Positions 55,573 to 64,000 of a stretch of DNA of 64,000 nt are shown here, piece by piece; the stretch's first letter is position 1; the number at the start of each line of letters is the position of its first letter. Position numbers and translations under genes: made by a program. Under the pieces are notes generated by a model. That model ran no database searches. It was not told where the DNA came from and saw only the letters and a list, made by a program, of their open reading frames with translations. The stretch is from Trypanosoma brucei (lineage: Eukaryota): NCBI GenBank assembly GCA_000002445.1, contig CH464491.1, positions 1,856,001-1,920,000 on the forward strand. The letters are read 5' to 3'.

Positions 55573-56331
55573 TCACTCCAATTCCTCCATCGCAGTTCCG
55601 TCATCCCGTCCTTCCGGATGTGCGTCTTCTGTCCATAAGGCGAGGTTGTCACGCAACAGTTGCATGATGAGTGCCGCTTCTTTGTGTTGTTCCTCATCCA
55701 ACACATCCGGATCGCTCAGCGCCTCCTCAAAGGCCTCGCGTGCCAATTGGCAACCGCGGTCAGGACTCTTCAGGATTTCGTAATAGAAAACGGAGAAGTT
55801 TAATGCGAGTCCGAGGCGAATAGGGCTCGTCGGTTTCAATGAAGCGTTGTATTGCATTGCCTGCGTGTAAGCCTCCAGCGCCTTGTCCTTCTGTTCCTCT
55901 GTATTGGTTTCAATTTCGGCATAGTAACGGTGATAGTCGCCCTTCATCTTGAGGTAATACACTTTCGTCTCATCCGTCTCAGCATTAGGCAGCAGATGCT
56001 TCTCGATAAGTTCCAAAATGTCGATGCAAATGTCACTTAATTCCTTTTCGATTTGGCGCTTGAAGGCCTTAATGAGTGTAACATTCTTTTCTTTCTTCAG
56101 ATCCTCCTTCTGCTCCAGTGCGCTGATGCTTCTCCAACAGGCACGACGGGCTCCAATGACGTTTTTATACGCGACGGAGAGAAGATTGCGCTCCTCCGAC
56201 GACAGGACGGGGTTCAGTTTTACGACCCGTTTCATGCAAACGAGGATCTCGTCATACCGCTCACACTGTTCAGCGATCCGCGCCATGACTGTAAGCTGCT
56301 CGCGCTTTTCAGGTATTTGAAAGCCCGCCAT
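55573..56331 (-). CDS. 14-3-3 protein
   Basis: Full-length 14-3-3 signature blocks: [66 protein letters not shown], and an acidic C-terminus. The ORF track extends the N-terminus through an A-rich leader. The real start is taken as ATG 56331..56329 ([13 protein letters not shown]). Confidence 0.9.
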   Translation of the reverse strand: MAGFQIPEKREQLTVMARIAEQCERYDEILVCMKRVVKLNPVLSSEERNLLSVAYKNVIGARRACWRSISALEQKEDLKKEKNVTLIKAFKRQIEKELSDICIDILELIEKHLLPNAETDETKVYYLKMKGDYHRYYAEIETNTEEQKDKALEAYTQAMQYNASLKPTSPIRLGLALNFSVFYYEILKSPDRGCQLAREAFEEALSDPDVLDEEQHKEAALIMQLLRDNLALWTEDAHPEGRDDGTAMEELE

Positions 56332-58856
56332 TTTAACCGCTTGTTTTTTCTTTTGTTTTTTTTGTTGTTGTTGATATACGCGTTCTTTGTTCACTTATTT
56401 TCTTCTCTTTTTTTTTTAATATAGATTTTTTTTTGTTTATTCTACGTACTGTTATTTAAAGCAAAAATGGTAATAACAGCAACGCTGGTGTAAAGACCCA
56501 CCTTCACTTGATGCTATTCTCCTCTTTTTTTTTCTTTTTTTTTTCAAAAAAAAATGTTGACTTCACCTATTTTGACGTTCTCTTTCCTTCTCACGTTGCT
56601 CTATCCTTTTTATTATTGTTATTATTCTTTTTTTTCTCGATTGAATCTCTTTAACTACAGCACACGAAAAAAAAAAGAAGGAAACAACAACAACAACACG
56701 AGACGGTTGTGTACAATGATAATAATGAGAGCAACAGAAGGTGACAAAACAAACAAAAGAAAAACAGTAATAAACAAAATTTAAAGTAATAATAAAAATG
56801 ATAAAAAAAAAAAGGAAACATAAATAGAAACCGAAGATACCCATAATATGTAGGAATTTTAAAAAAAACAAAGGGAAAAAAGAAAAAAAAACTTCGAAAA
56901 ACAAAAAACAAAGTAAAGAAAGAAAGAATAATAACAAACAACAAAAACAACAAAAAACAAAAGAAATCGTAAATGGAAAAAAAAACAGCCATGAGAAAAA
57001 TGTGTGAAGGCAAGAAATATATGATGAGAGAGGCGAGAAAACAAAAAGGTGGAGAGGAAAACAAAAAAAAATAATTATAAAAGGGTGTCGTATCATCGTT
57101 ACATTTCACGCAAAAAAATGTATGAATAGAGTAGAGGCCTTATTGCATTTACCATTATAATCATCACCATTATTATTATTATTATTATTCTTATCCCGTT
57201 CTTTTCTATTTGTGTGTGTGTTTTTTTTTTAATTTGATTTCGCAAGGGTTGCTCCATTCTCGGTACCAGCTTTTCTTTTTTTCTTTTTATTTCTTAAAAG
57301 AAATTTAAGTTTTGATATATATATATATATATATATTGTTTAAAAATTAATTGCCCCATTTTCCTTCTTCTTAATTTCTATATTCACTTTTGCCCCTGCT
57401 CCACTTCACCTCCGCACAACAAAACAACAACAGAAAGATACCGTTACAAATATGCAAACATTCCACACAGCCCGAAACCAACCGCGCTCAAACAAATAAA
57501 ATAATAACAATAATAATAATAAAGGAAACAACAAAAATACAACACGATATCATAATAATAAAGAACTCTATGGTATTTTCCCCCTTTCAACAGGTTTCTT
57601 TTAGCCAAAAATATTTTCATTTATAAAAAGGGGTAAAGAAATGACAAAACAAATCACAACAGGTTGGTAATGATGACTGCAGGTGTACGTTAAGTAAAAG
57701 GTTTTGTGGGCTTAAAATATGTTTGCATATGTTTTTCTTTTCTTTTTTTAACCACCTCTCTTTTCCTCCTCCTCCTCCTTTACGTTTGTGTTGTTGTGCG
57801 AAGTAAAGTGTGAAGTGAATTGGGAAGTGATGTGTTGTTATATAAATATATATATTTTTTATTTTTTTTATTTATTCGACTCCCTTCTTTTTTCTTTTTG
57901 TGTTTCCTCTCCGCCAATTGTAGAACCTCACTGATGTATTTTAACTTCTTTTTTTTTTTGCGTCTATGGTGCCACAGCGCTCATCGTATTGAAAAACGGT
58001 TCGCGCCGCGCGGGAGAAAAATTGAAAAAAAAACAATTGAAAGTGTTTGTGTTTATTTATTTATTATTTTTTTTTTGCGATTAAATTGTGTGTGTAAAAG
58101 TGAGTGAGTGAATGAATGAATGTGGATGTATATATATATGTGTATGTGTATGTGTCTATGGGGTCCTTTTACACATCCTCTGGCTGTTCCATTTACCAAT
58201 CTACAAAACAAAATAAAAATAAAGAGGAATCAACTGAATCACGCGCAAACACAAGACCAAAAATAAAAAATTAAAAAAAAGATAAAAATAAAAAAAAATA
58301 AAAAAGATAATTCGGCCGTTTCATGCAGCAGAATATGTAGAGGCTCTATATTTCGGATCCCTGAGGCGTATATATATATATATTTTTTCCTTCCCTCTTC
58401 TTCTTTTGTTCTCTCGTCCTTCTGAAATGTATAATGAACGAAGAAATATACGACCAACGGCTCCGAAGTGGAACATAAAACATAAAATAAAAGAAAACAT
58501 AAAAAAAACGAAGAGGGGAATACTTGTGTTTGCATATTCATATATAAATATATAAATATATATGTGCGTGTGTGATTCGTAAGAGGGGAAGGAAATATAT
58601 GTTGGACTTCCACCAAAGAAACAGTCCGTCATCTAAATTGTAAGGGGAAGGGAAGAAGAGGTGTAGTAAAACAAAAAACAAGAAAGGGTGGGGAAATGTA
58701 CAAAGGGAAGGGAGAAACTTATCCTTTAAAACAAAATAATAATAATAAAAAAACATTAGACAAAACACGATAAAAATACAAGGGTAAGGAAGAACTGTAA
58801 CAAACAATAAATTAAAAAAAAAACAACAACAAAGAAACAAAGTTTTTAATTCGATT

Positions 58857-61646
58857 CTATTCCAACGACTCACCAGAGGAGGCCTTGGTGGTGTCAGTCT
58901 GTTTTGCACCCTCCACCGCCATTTTCTTTTGGCGGCGCTCGTGCATACGTATGGTGCGCTCAGTCTGCTTGATCAGCTTTCGCAACCGTCGTGACACAAC
59001 CATCGAATGTTCTAACGACCCTTTAACAGGACCCGAAAGACCTAACTGCTGTACGGGAACACTTCCACCTTCTTTTGCTGCTCCATTTTGCAAGTACCGG
59101 TCTAAAGAAGTCCCCTGACGCCGTAAATGATAAACCATATCATTACAGCGCTTCCATGAGGACACGGGGTACTCGGCTAACGATGGCAAATTGTCTACGG
59201 TATTAAGTTCACGGTCAAACTTGACACAAGCCTCATTTGCCAGCACCATCTTGGGGTCAAAAGAAGACATACTAAGTTGCTCTGGGTTGCGTACACGACT
59301 CATGGCGACGTATAACAAATGCTCACAGGGCCACATGCGGGACAGTTCGAGATGGACACGACCAACAAGCGTTAGTCCCTGCACCTTATGGACGGTGAAG
59401 GCATATGCTAAACTAAGGGGCAGGGATACGCTGCTTAGACTGTAGTACTGGGTAATGGGATTTCCACCAACCAAAAATTCCCACGGCGGGACAACAATCG
59501 TTTCACCACTATGGAACTTAACTACAGGTAAAAGCGGTACGGGCATGCCGCATTCCATCGTGCAGTAAATACGATACCTATCGACGCAGCGGTTCACACG
59601 TTCGCAACGAAGGGCAACAGGAATATTTTCCATACTACACTCCACGAAGTCCACTACTGTACCAATACTCCCGTTGACTAAACGTGAAGTGAGGTTGGTA
59701 CGCAAAAGGACGCGGCACCCCTTCTTTAGCGTAAGCGGTTGCGCGATGGGGTGCTTTGCCATAAGCCTCTGCAGACATTCCTCGTGCTCTGGCGTGTGCA
59801 GACCGTCTCCGCTGGGTATAATCTCCGTCACAGTGGCTCCTATGTCTAAGTCATTGATCAGGCCTGCAACTTCTAGGAAACGCTCGCGTATCGCGTCACG
59901 CCAAGCAACACTTTCGCTCTGCGGAAGGTAAACGCGTACGGCATGACCATCTTCGTAGATACGGTAGGCAGACACCATGGATGCCCTAGGGATGTCAACT
60001 GTGGCTTGCAGCAATCCACGCAAGTGCTTTGTAAACTCCTCCACTTTGAAATCCTTCGTTGTCCTCATGAGGAGTGTTGCTGTGGTGTCACACCTAAGAG
60101 CTGTTATACCCGTCTCCGGCGTAAGGGTGACAGCATCTCCGGGAAGGCGTTTCAGTTCTTCTTCATTCGCTGTGTTTACTTCCTTGTTGGTTGGAAGAAG
60201 GTTCACGGCTGCCGGTACCATAGTTCCCGGTGGAAGCTGTTCAACAGACGCTGTCAAACTTTCCGGCACAAGTCCTACACGCATTTGTTGCAACGCATCT
60301 GCAAAAAGACTGCTCTTGGCTTGGCGAACCTGAGTTTCCAGGCGGATCTTCACGAATTTCTCCCGGAAAGTAGTGGAATGGATTATCGGGGGCTCATTGA
60401 TCACACCTAGCTGCAGGAAATCACCACAGAGGATGATTTGCACCCCGCCAAAGGGCACGTCCGGCGCACCAGCTTCCTCACGGAGAACCCTATCGAACTC
60501 CTCAAACATTTTCTTAGGCAACATAGACACTTCATCAATGATGATAGCGTCGTAGCTCAATAGGTGGTTCTTTCGCACGAAGTCACCCTGGGCGGAAACT
60601 CCCATGGCGTGGTGGAAGGTTGAACCTCCAATGTGGCAACCAGCAACACCTGTGGTGGCCGTCATTGCAACGCGCAATCCCTCCGCTTGCATCCGTCTAC
60701 ACAAGGCGCGTAGCAAAACCGTCTTTCCTGTACCAGCACTGCCACCAATGTACATCAAGTGGCCTTTCAGGGCCAGGTTAATGACCTTCTCCTGCTCCTC
60801 GTTAAGATCAACCGCAACAAACTCATCGGCCAAGCCACCGTCTAGGATATTCTGCAGGTCCGTATCGCCCACAGCATTGACAACGGCGGCGTAACGGCTG
60901 TGCGTTAGGTTGTTAATCTTCACCTGCATCATCTGCTGAATCGCTTCGGCTGGATCTTCAACTCTGCGGTTGCGTAGGATCACCCCGAGGGCACGGATAA
61001 TTGTTACGGGCCAGTTGGAGGGGAGCGTCGCCGTACCCTTCCTCATTCTCTGCGCGAGGTCCCGGAGGACATCGGGCTTCTCAACGTACAGCTGCCGTTT
61101 GTTGTTGACACCAAACCCTATGCTCTTCAAGCATAAGAAGGATGGTGATGTCTCCGATGTCATACGGCCAGTCAGTGCGTTGTACACCAACGTCGAATGA
61201 AGGGGTAGTTGAGGCTCACCGTCTATTGGCCCCATCGTTTCCTCTTGTGGCTGAATTTGTGGTGGTGTGGCTGCCAGGGGCTCCTCCTTAACTTCAGCGG
61301 CGCGCACCTCCAGAGTGGCAGGGGGTTGGATGGCGTCTGGCATGTTTTCCTGAGGCAGTGCAACGCCTTCCCGCGCCCCCGTCACTGAAGTTTGCGCGTC
61401 TGTGGGTGTTGAGAGGGTCGTCGTTGCTTTGGAACGTCGCTTTGAGCCCCTCTTGGGCTCACGCTTGCGCTCCTTCTCCGTTCCACTGGTGAAGCGCATG
61501 GCACAAAATAGTGCACCGGCGTTGTAGTCAACAGGCATCAGTGCGGTGCGAACGAGTCCGACAGAAGCGCTTTTACGTGGTAGAGTTGAAGCTGATGTAC
61601 CCGACAACGCCACATTGTACGCTGGTTGGAGGAGCCGACGCAACAT
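58857..61646 (-). CDS. PIF1-family 5'-3' DNA helicase with mitochondrial-type presequence
   Basis: Walker A YIGGSAGTGKT, Walker B IIIDEVSMLPKKMF, motif III ILCGDFLQLGVI, and the PIF1 C-terminal block [52 protein letters not shown]-terminus MLRRLLQPAYNVALSG... Confidence 0.85.
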   Translation of the reverse strand: MLRRLLQPAYNVALSGTSASTLPRKSASVGLVRTALMPVDYNAGALFCAMRFTSGTEKERKREPKRGSKRRSKATTTLSTPTDAQTSVTGAREGVALPQENMPDAIQPPATLEVRAAEVKEEPLAATPPQIQPQEETMGPIDGEPQLPLHSTLVYNALTGRMTSETSPSFLCLKSIGFGVNNKRQLYVEKPDVLRDLAQRMRKGTATLPSNWPVTIIRALGVILRNRRVEDPAEAIQQMMQVKINNLTHSRYAAVVNAVGDTDLQNILDGGLADEFVAVDLNEEQEKVINLALKGHLMYIGGSAGTGKTVLLRALCRRMQAEGLRVAMTATTGVAGCHIGGSTFHHAMGVSAQGDFVRKNHLLSYDAIIIDEVSMLPKKMFEEFDRVLREEAGAPDVPFGGVQIILCGDFLQLGVINEPPIIHSTTFREKFVKIRLETQVRQAKSSLFADALQQMRVGLVPESLTASVEQLPPGTMVPAAVNLLPTNKEVNTANEEELKRLPGDAVTLTPETGITALRCDTTATLLMRTTKDFKVEEFTKHLRGLLQATVDIPRASMVSAYRIYEDGHAVRVYLPQSESVAWRDAIRERFLEVAGLINDLDIGATVTEIIPSGDGLHTPEHEECLQRLMAKHPIAQPLTLKKGCRVLLRTNLTSRLVNGSIGTVVDFVECSMENIPVALRCERVNRCVDRYRIYCTMECGMPVPLLPVVKFHSGETIVVPPWEFLVGGNPITQYYSLSSVSLPLSLAYAFTVHKVQGLTLVGRVHLELSRMWPCEHLLYVAMSRVRNPEQLSMSSFDPKMVLANEACVKFDRELNTVDNLPSLAEYPVSSWKRCNDMVYHLRRQGTSLDRYLQNGAAKEGGSVPVQQLGLSGPVKGSLEHSMVVSRRLRKLIKQTERTIRMHERRQKKMAVEGAKQTDTTKASSGESLE
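59275..59433. repeat. Copy 1 of a ~160 bp near-identical tract shared by the two PIF1 paralogs
   Basis: 59275-59433 aligns to 62965-63123 with only about 4-5 mismatches (gttgctctgggttgcgtacacgactcatggcgacgtataacaaatg...), while flanking coding sequence is much more diverged. Confidence 0.85.
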
Positions 61647-62714
61647 AACGTATGCACGAGTAAAAGGCTCTTTAACTCGATTTCCTCGGTGGATGTCGTT
61701 GGAATAGTATCAGTTGCTGCTGCTGGATCGTTGTAAAAAGGACAACAGCAACCGGAAAAAAGGGGGAAGAGAGGGAATTAAAAATAAAATAAAAAAAGAA
61801 AAGAAAATAAGTGCTTTTATAGACGCTTAGAGGTAGCTCGTATATATACCTCTTTGTAGCTTGATCTAGTGGGAATGTTTATGGTGTATCTTTTTTGCTT
61901 TTTTTTGGCTTTAAAGATCTTTTCGTTTTCTCTTTTTTTTAAAAAAAACTTGCTGTATGGTTAATCTACTGTTTGTGCGTCTAAGAATAATAACTTTTCG
62001 TATTAGGCATAGGTTGTTACATAAAGAAAAGAGAGATGGAGGTGCAGGTACGAGTGCAAGTGCAAGTGCAAACAAACGGACATACACAAGTACGAAAACG
62101 TATGGAAGGTTAGCATAGTCCATGGTACCAATTTTTAGTCTAAATTACACGCGAACAACAAACGAAACAAAAAAATATATACGAGGGGAGGAATGAAAAG
62201 AAACGCCAAAAATAAACACGAATTATTCCACCACTCCCGTACACAGCACGTGTAGTCACTGCGAATGGATTTACAAATGTTGTTAGAGCTTCTTTGCCAC
62301 TTTTGAGAGAACTTCGCTGGAATGGGAATGGGCAAGAGATAGTAACAACAGTAGTAACGACAAAATCCTTCTCCCTTCCTGTGGCAAGCCATCTTAAGAC
62401 ATACGAAAGGAAGCAAGCGTGGGGAGACTTAGAGAAGGTATTTTTTTTTTTTTTTGTGACGGAGAGGGAGGAAAACGGTGGGAAAAATCAGAAGCACATA
62501 CCCTCCGCAATTTTCAAGGGATCACTGCACCAAATAAAGAATAAGCGGATAAACTGTACAGTTAATGACACAACTATATGGCACCAATAAAATAAAGCAC
62601 ATGAGAGAACCCATGTATTGTCGTCCCTCAACCTTGTGCACGCATCCAGAAGCAGTAAATAGCAGAGCACGCGCATTTTACCCGGTATGTTTGTGTGGCA
62701 ACCCGGCTATGATT

Positions 62715-64000
62715 TTACGGTGTTGCTTCCTTCGCTTGCTTTATCATTGCTTCTTTCAGTTTCGCAGCCTTCTTTTGCTTGGATTGCTTTGCCTGCTCCC
62801 TTTTCCGCTGGAGTGCCGCCTTACGTCTACTGGGTGTGCGCTGCCAGCTTGCCTGGAAGAAGTGTGGCAAAACCCGCACTTGTTCAACCGGAGGCAACGA
62901 GTCATCGAAGAGGAGACATTCAGACGCACATCGCACGAGACTGTTGTGAAACGATGACACCGTCAGTTGCTCTGGGTTGCGTACACGACTCATGGCGACG
63001 TATAACAAATGATCACAGGGCCACATGCGGGACAGTTCGAGATGGACACGACCGGCAAGCGTTAGTCCCTGCACCTTATGAACGGTGAAGGCATATGCTA
63101 AACTAAGGGGCAGGGATACGATGCCTACATGGTAGTGGTTCGTGTTTGACAGCCCTCCAACTGAGAAAAGAACGGGTGGGACAACAATCACGCGCCCCCC
63201 TCCGAAATCTACCTCGGGTGCAAACGCAGTGGTGAAGCCGTGCTCGTACCGTAGGTACTCGGCGTAATTTTCAACTGCGGCTATCCTTCCTGGTGTGTTT
63301 ACAAATCGCGGAAGGTGCTTTGCACTAAGTTCTTTGAACCCGACAACTACACCAAGACTACCATTTACGAGACCTGGGGCGAGGTTTGTACGCAACATCA
63401 CTTTAGCACCCTTCTTGAGGCGTAGCGGAGACGCCATGGGGTGAAGCTCTGCATATCGCGTTAGCGTGTAATCGTCTGCATCGGTATGCAGTCCGTCAGG
63501 TGAGTCAAGGATTTCTCTCAAGAAAACCCCAAGCCCACACGCCGGAAGCCATGTTTCCAAACCACGCAGATGCAGCGCAAGGTCCCGCATGTCCTTCTCA
63601 CTCATGTCTTGTGGTATACGAACTCGAAATGCGAAGGCATCAACAAACAGTTTGTACAGCACAATGTACCGCTGACCTACAACCGGTAGCGTATAATCAC
63701 TGGCATAAGGTGTTTTCTGAAGGAAATCAAGCACATACTGCTCTAGCGCCCTGGTTAACTTATGCGTATCTATCATTTTCGTGTCTTTCACCACAGCCTC
63801 CAGTATATATGTTGCAGTCCACCGTCCAACCAGTGATGGAGCTTGCATTTGTGCGGGATATACGACAAGATCACTGGGAAGCTTGTCCAGCTCTGCTTGA
63901 TTCACCTCATCCACTTCCTTGTTCGTGGGGAGCAACTTCACCGCGCCCTTTCCCTCACCCTCTAACCATTTCGCTGTTTCTGGTGGGGATAGGAATTGAA
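62715..64000 (-). CDS. PIF1-family DNA helicase paralog, N-terminal part beyond the window edge
   Basis: C-terminal PIF1 block [51 protein letters not shown] and upstream helicase 2B-domain similarity to the neighbouring PIF1. The frame stays open to the window end, so the listed Met at 63941 is probably internal. Confidence 0.8.
62965..63123. repeat. Copy 2 of the PIF1 inter-paralog near-identical tract
   Basis: See copy 1 (59275-59433). Confidence 0.85.

Noticed and set aside
56563-57109. ORFs 56563-57096 and 56651-57109 (poly-Phe/Leu/Cys)
   Set aside because: Artefacts of an oligo-A/T polypurine tract upstream of the 14-3-3 gene.
1-64000. Mobile elements (ingi/RIME, SLACS, VIPER) or RHS/VSG-type subtelomeric content, and prokaryotic-style defence islands or CRISPR arrays
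   Set aside because: No reverse-transcriptase/endonuclease ORFs, target-site duplications or direct-repeat arrays were seen. The window has the character of a chromosome-internal housekeeping region of a eukaryote.

Overview
The window looks like an intron-less, polycistronic nuclear chromosome segment from a kinetoplastid. I would guess an African trypanosome (Trypanosoma brucei-like). The basis is unidirectional gene arrays with short purine/pyrimidine-asymmetric intergenic spacers, many (CA)n/(TA)n microsatellites, and the presence of a kinetoplastid-specific bifunctional capping enzyme and kinetoplast-DNA replication proteins.

All ~23 credible protein-coding genes are on the minus strand, transcribed from high to low coordinates. 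Working from the Tex-like gene at the left edge (its 3' end lies left of position 1) towards higher coordinates they are:
- a Tex/SRBD1-like transcription accessory protein (partial at the left edge; missing from the ORF track because it runs off the window);
- the tRNA pseudouridine synthase Pus10;
- an APC-superfamily permease;
- a Ser/Thr protein kinase;
- a small putative membrane protein (weak call);
- a TPR-repeat protein;
- the bifunctional guanylyltransferase/cap-N7-methyltransferase Cgm1;
- a 6.4 kb ORF-free gap holding a plus-strand tRNA-Gly(CCC) that is antisense to the gene arrays;
- a PUF/Pumilio repeat protein;
- a small mitochondrial-type ATP-dependent DNA ligase (LIG k-like);
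- an LRR protein;
- a proline-rich hypothetical protein;
- an RCC1-repeat protein;
- BOP1/Erb1;
- a coiled-coil protein;
- a TTLL tubulin-modifying enzyme;
- a USP-like hypothetical protein;
- a 1002-aa protein carrying a bacterial-type DUF2779-like domain;
- a tail-anchored coiled-coil protein;
- an OPA3-like protein;
- a 14-3-3 protein flanked by very long low-complexity UTR/intergenic tracts;
- two tandem PIF1-family helicase paralogs (the second partial at the right edge) that share a ~160 bp near-identical gene-conversion tract.

No CRISPR arrays, prokaryotic operons or recognisable retroelements (ingi/RIME/SLACS) were seen.

The ORF track appears to treat TTG/CTG/GTG as start codons, so several listed ORFs begin in the 5' UTR. 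Real ATG starts are noted where they are evident. My coordinates read off the text may be off by about 1 nt in places.
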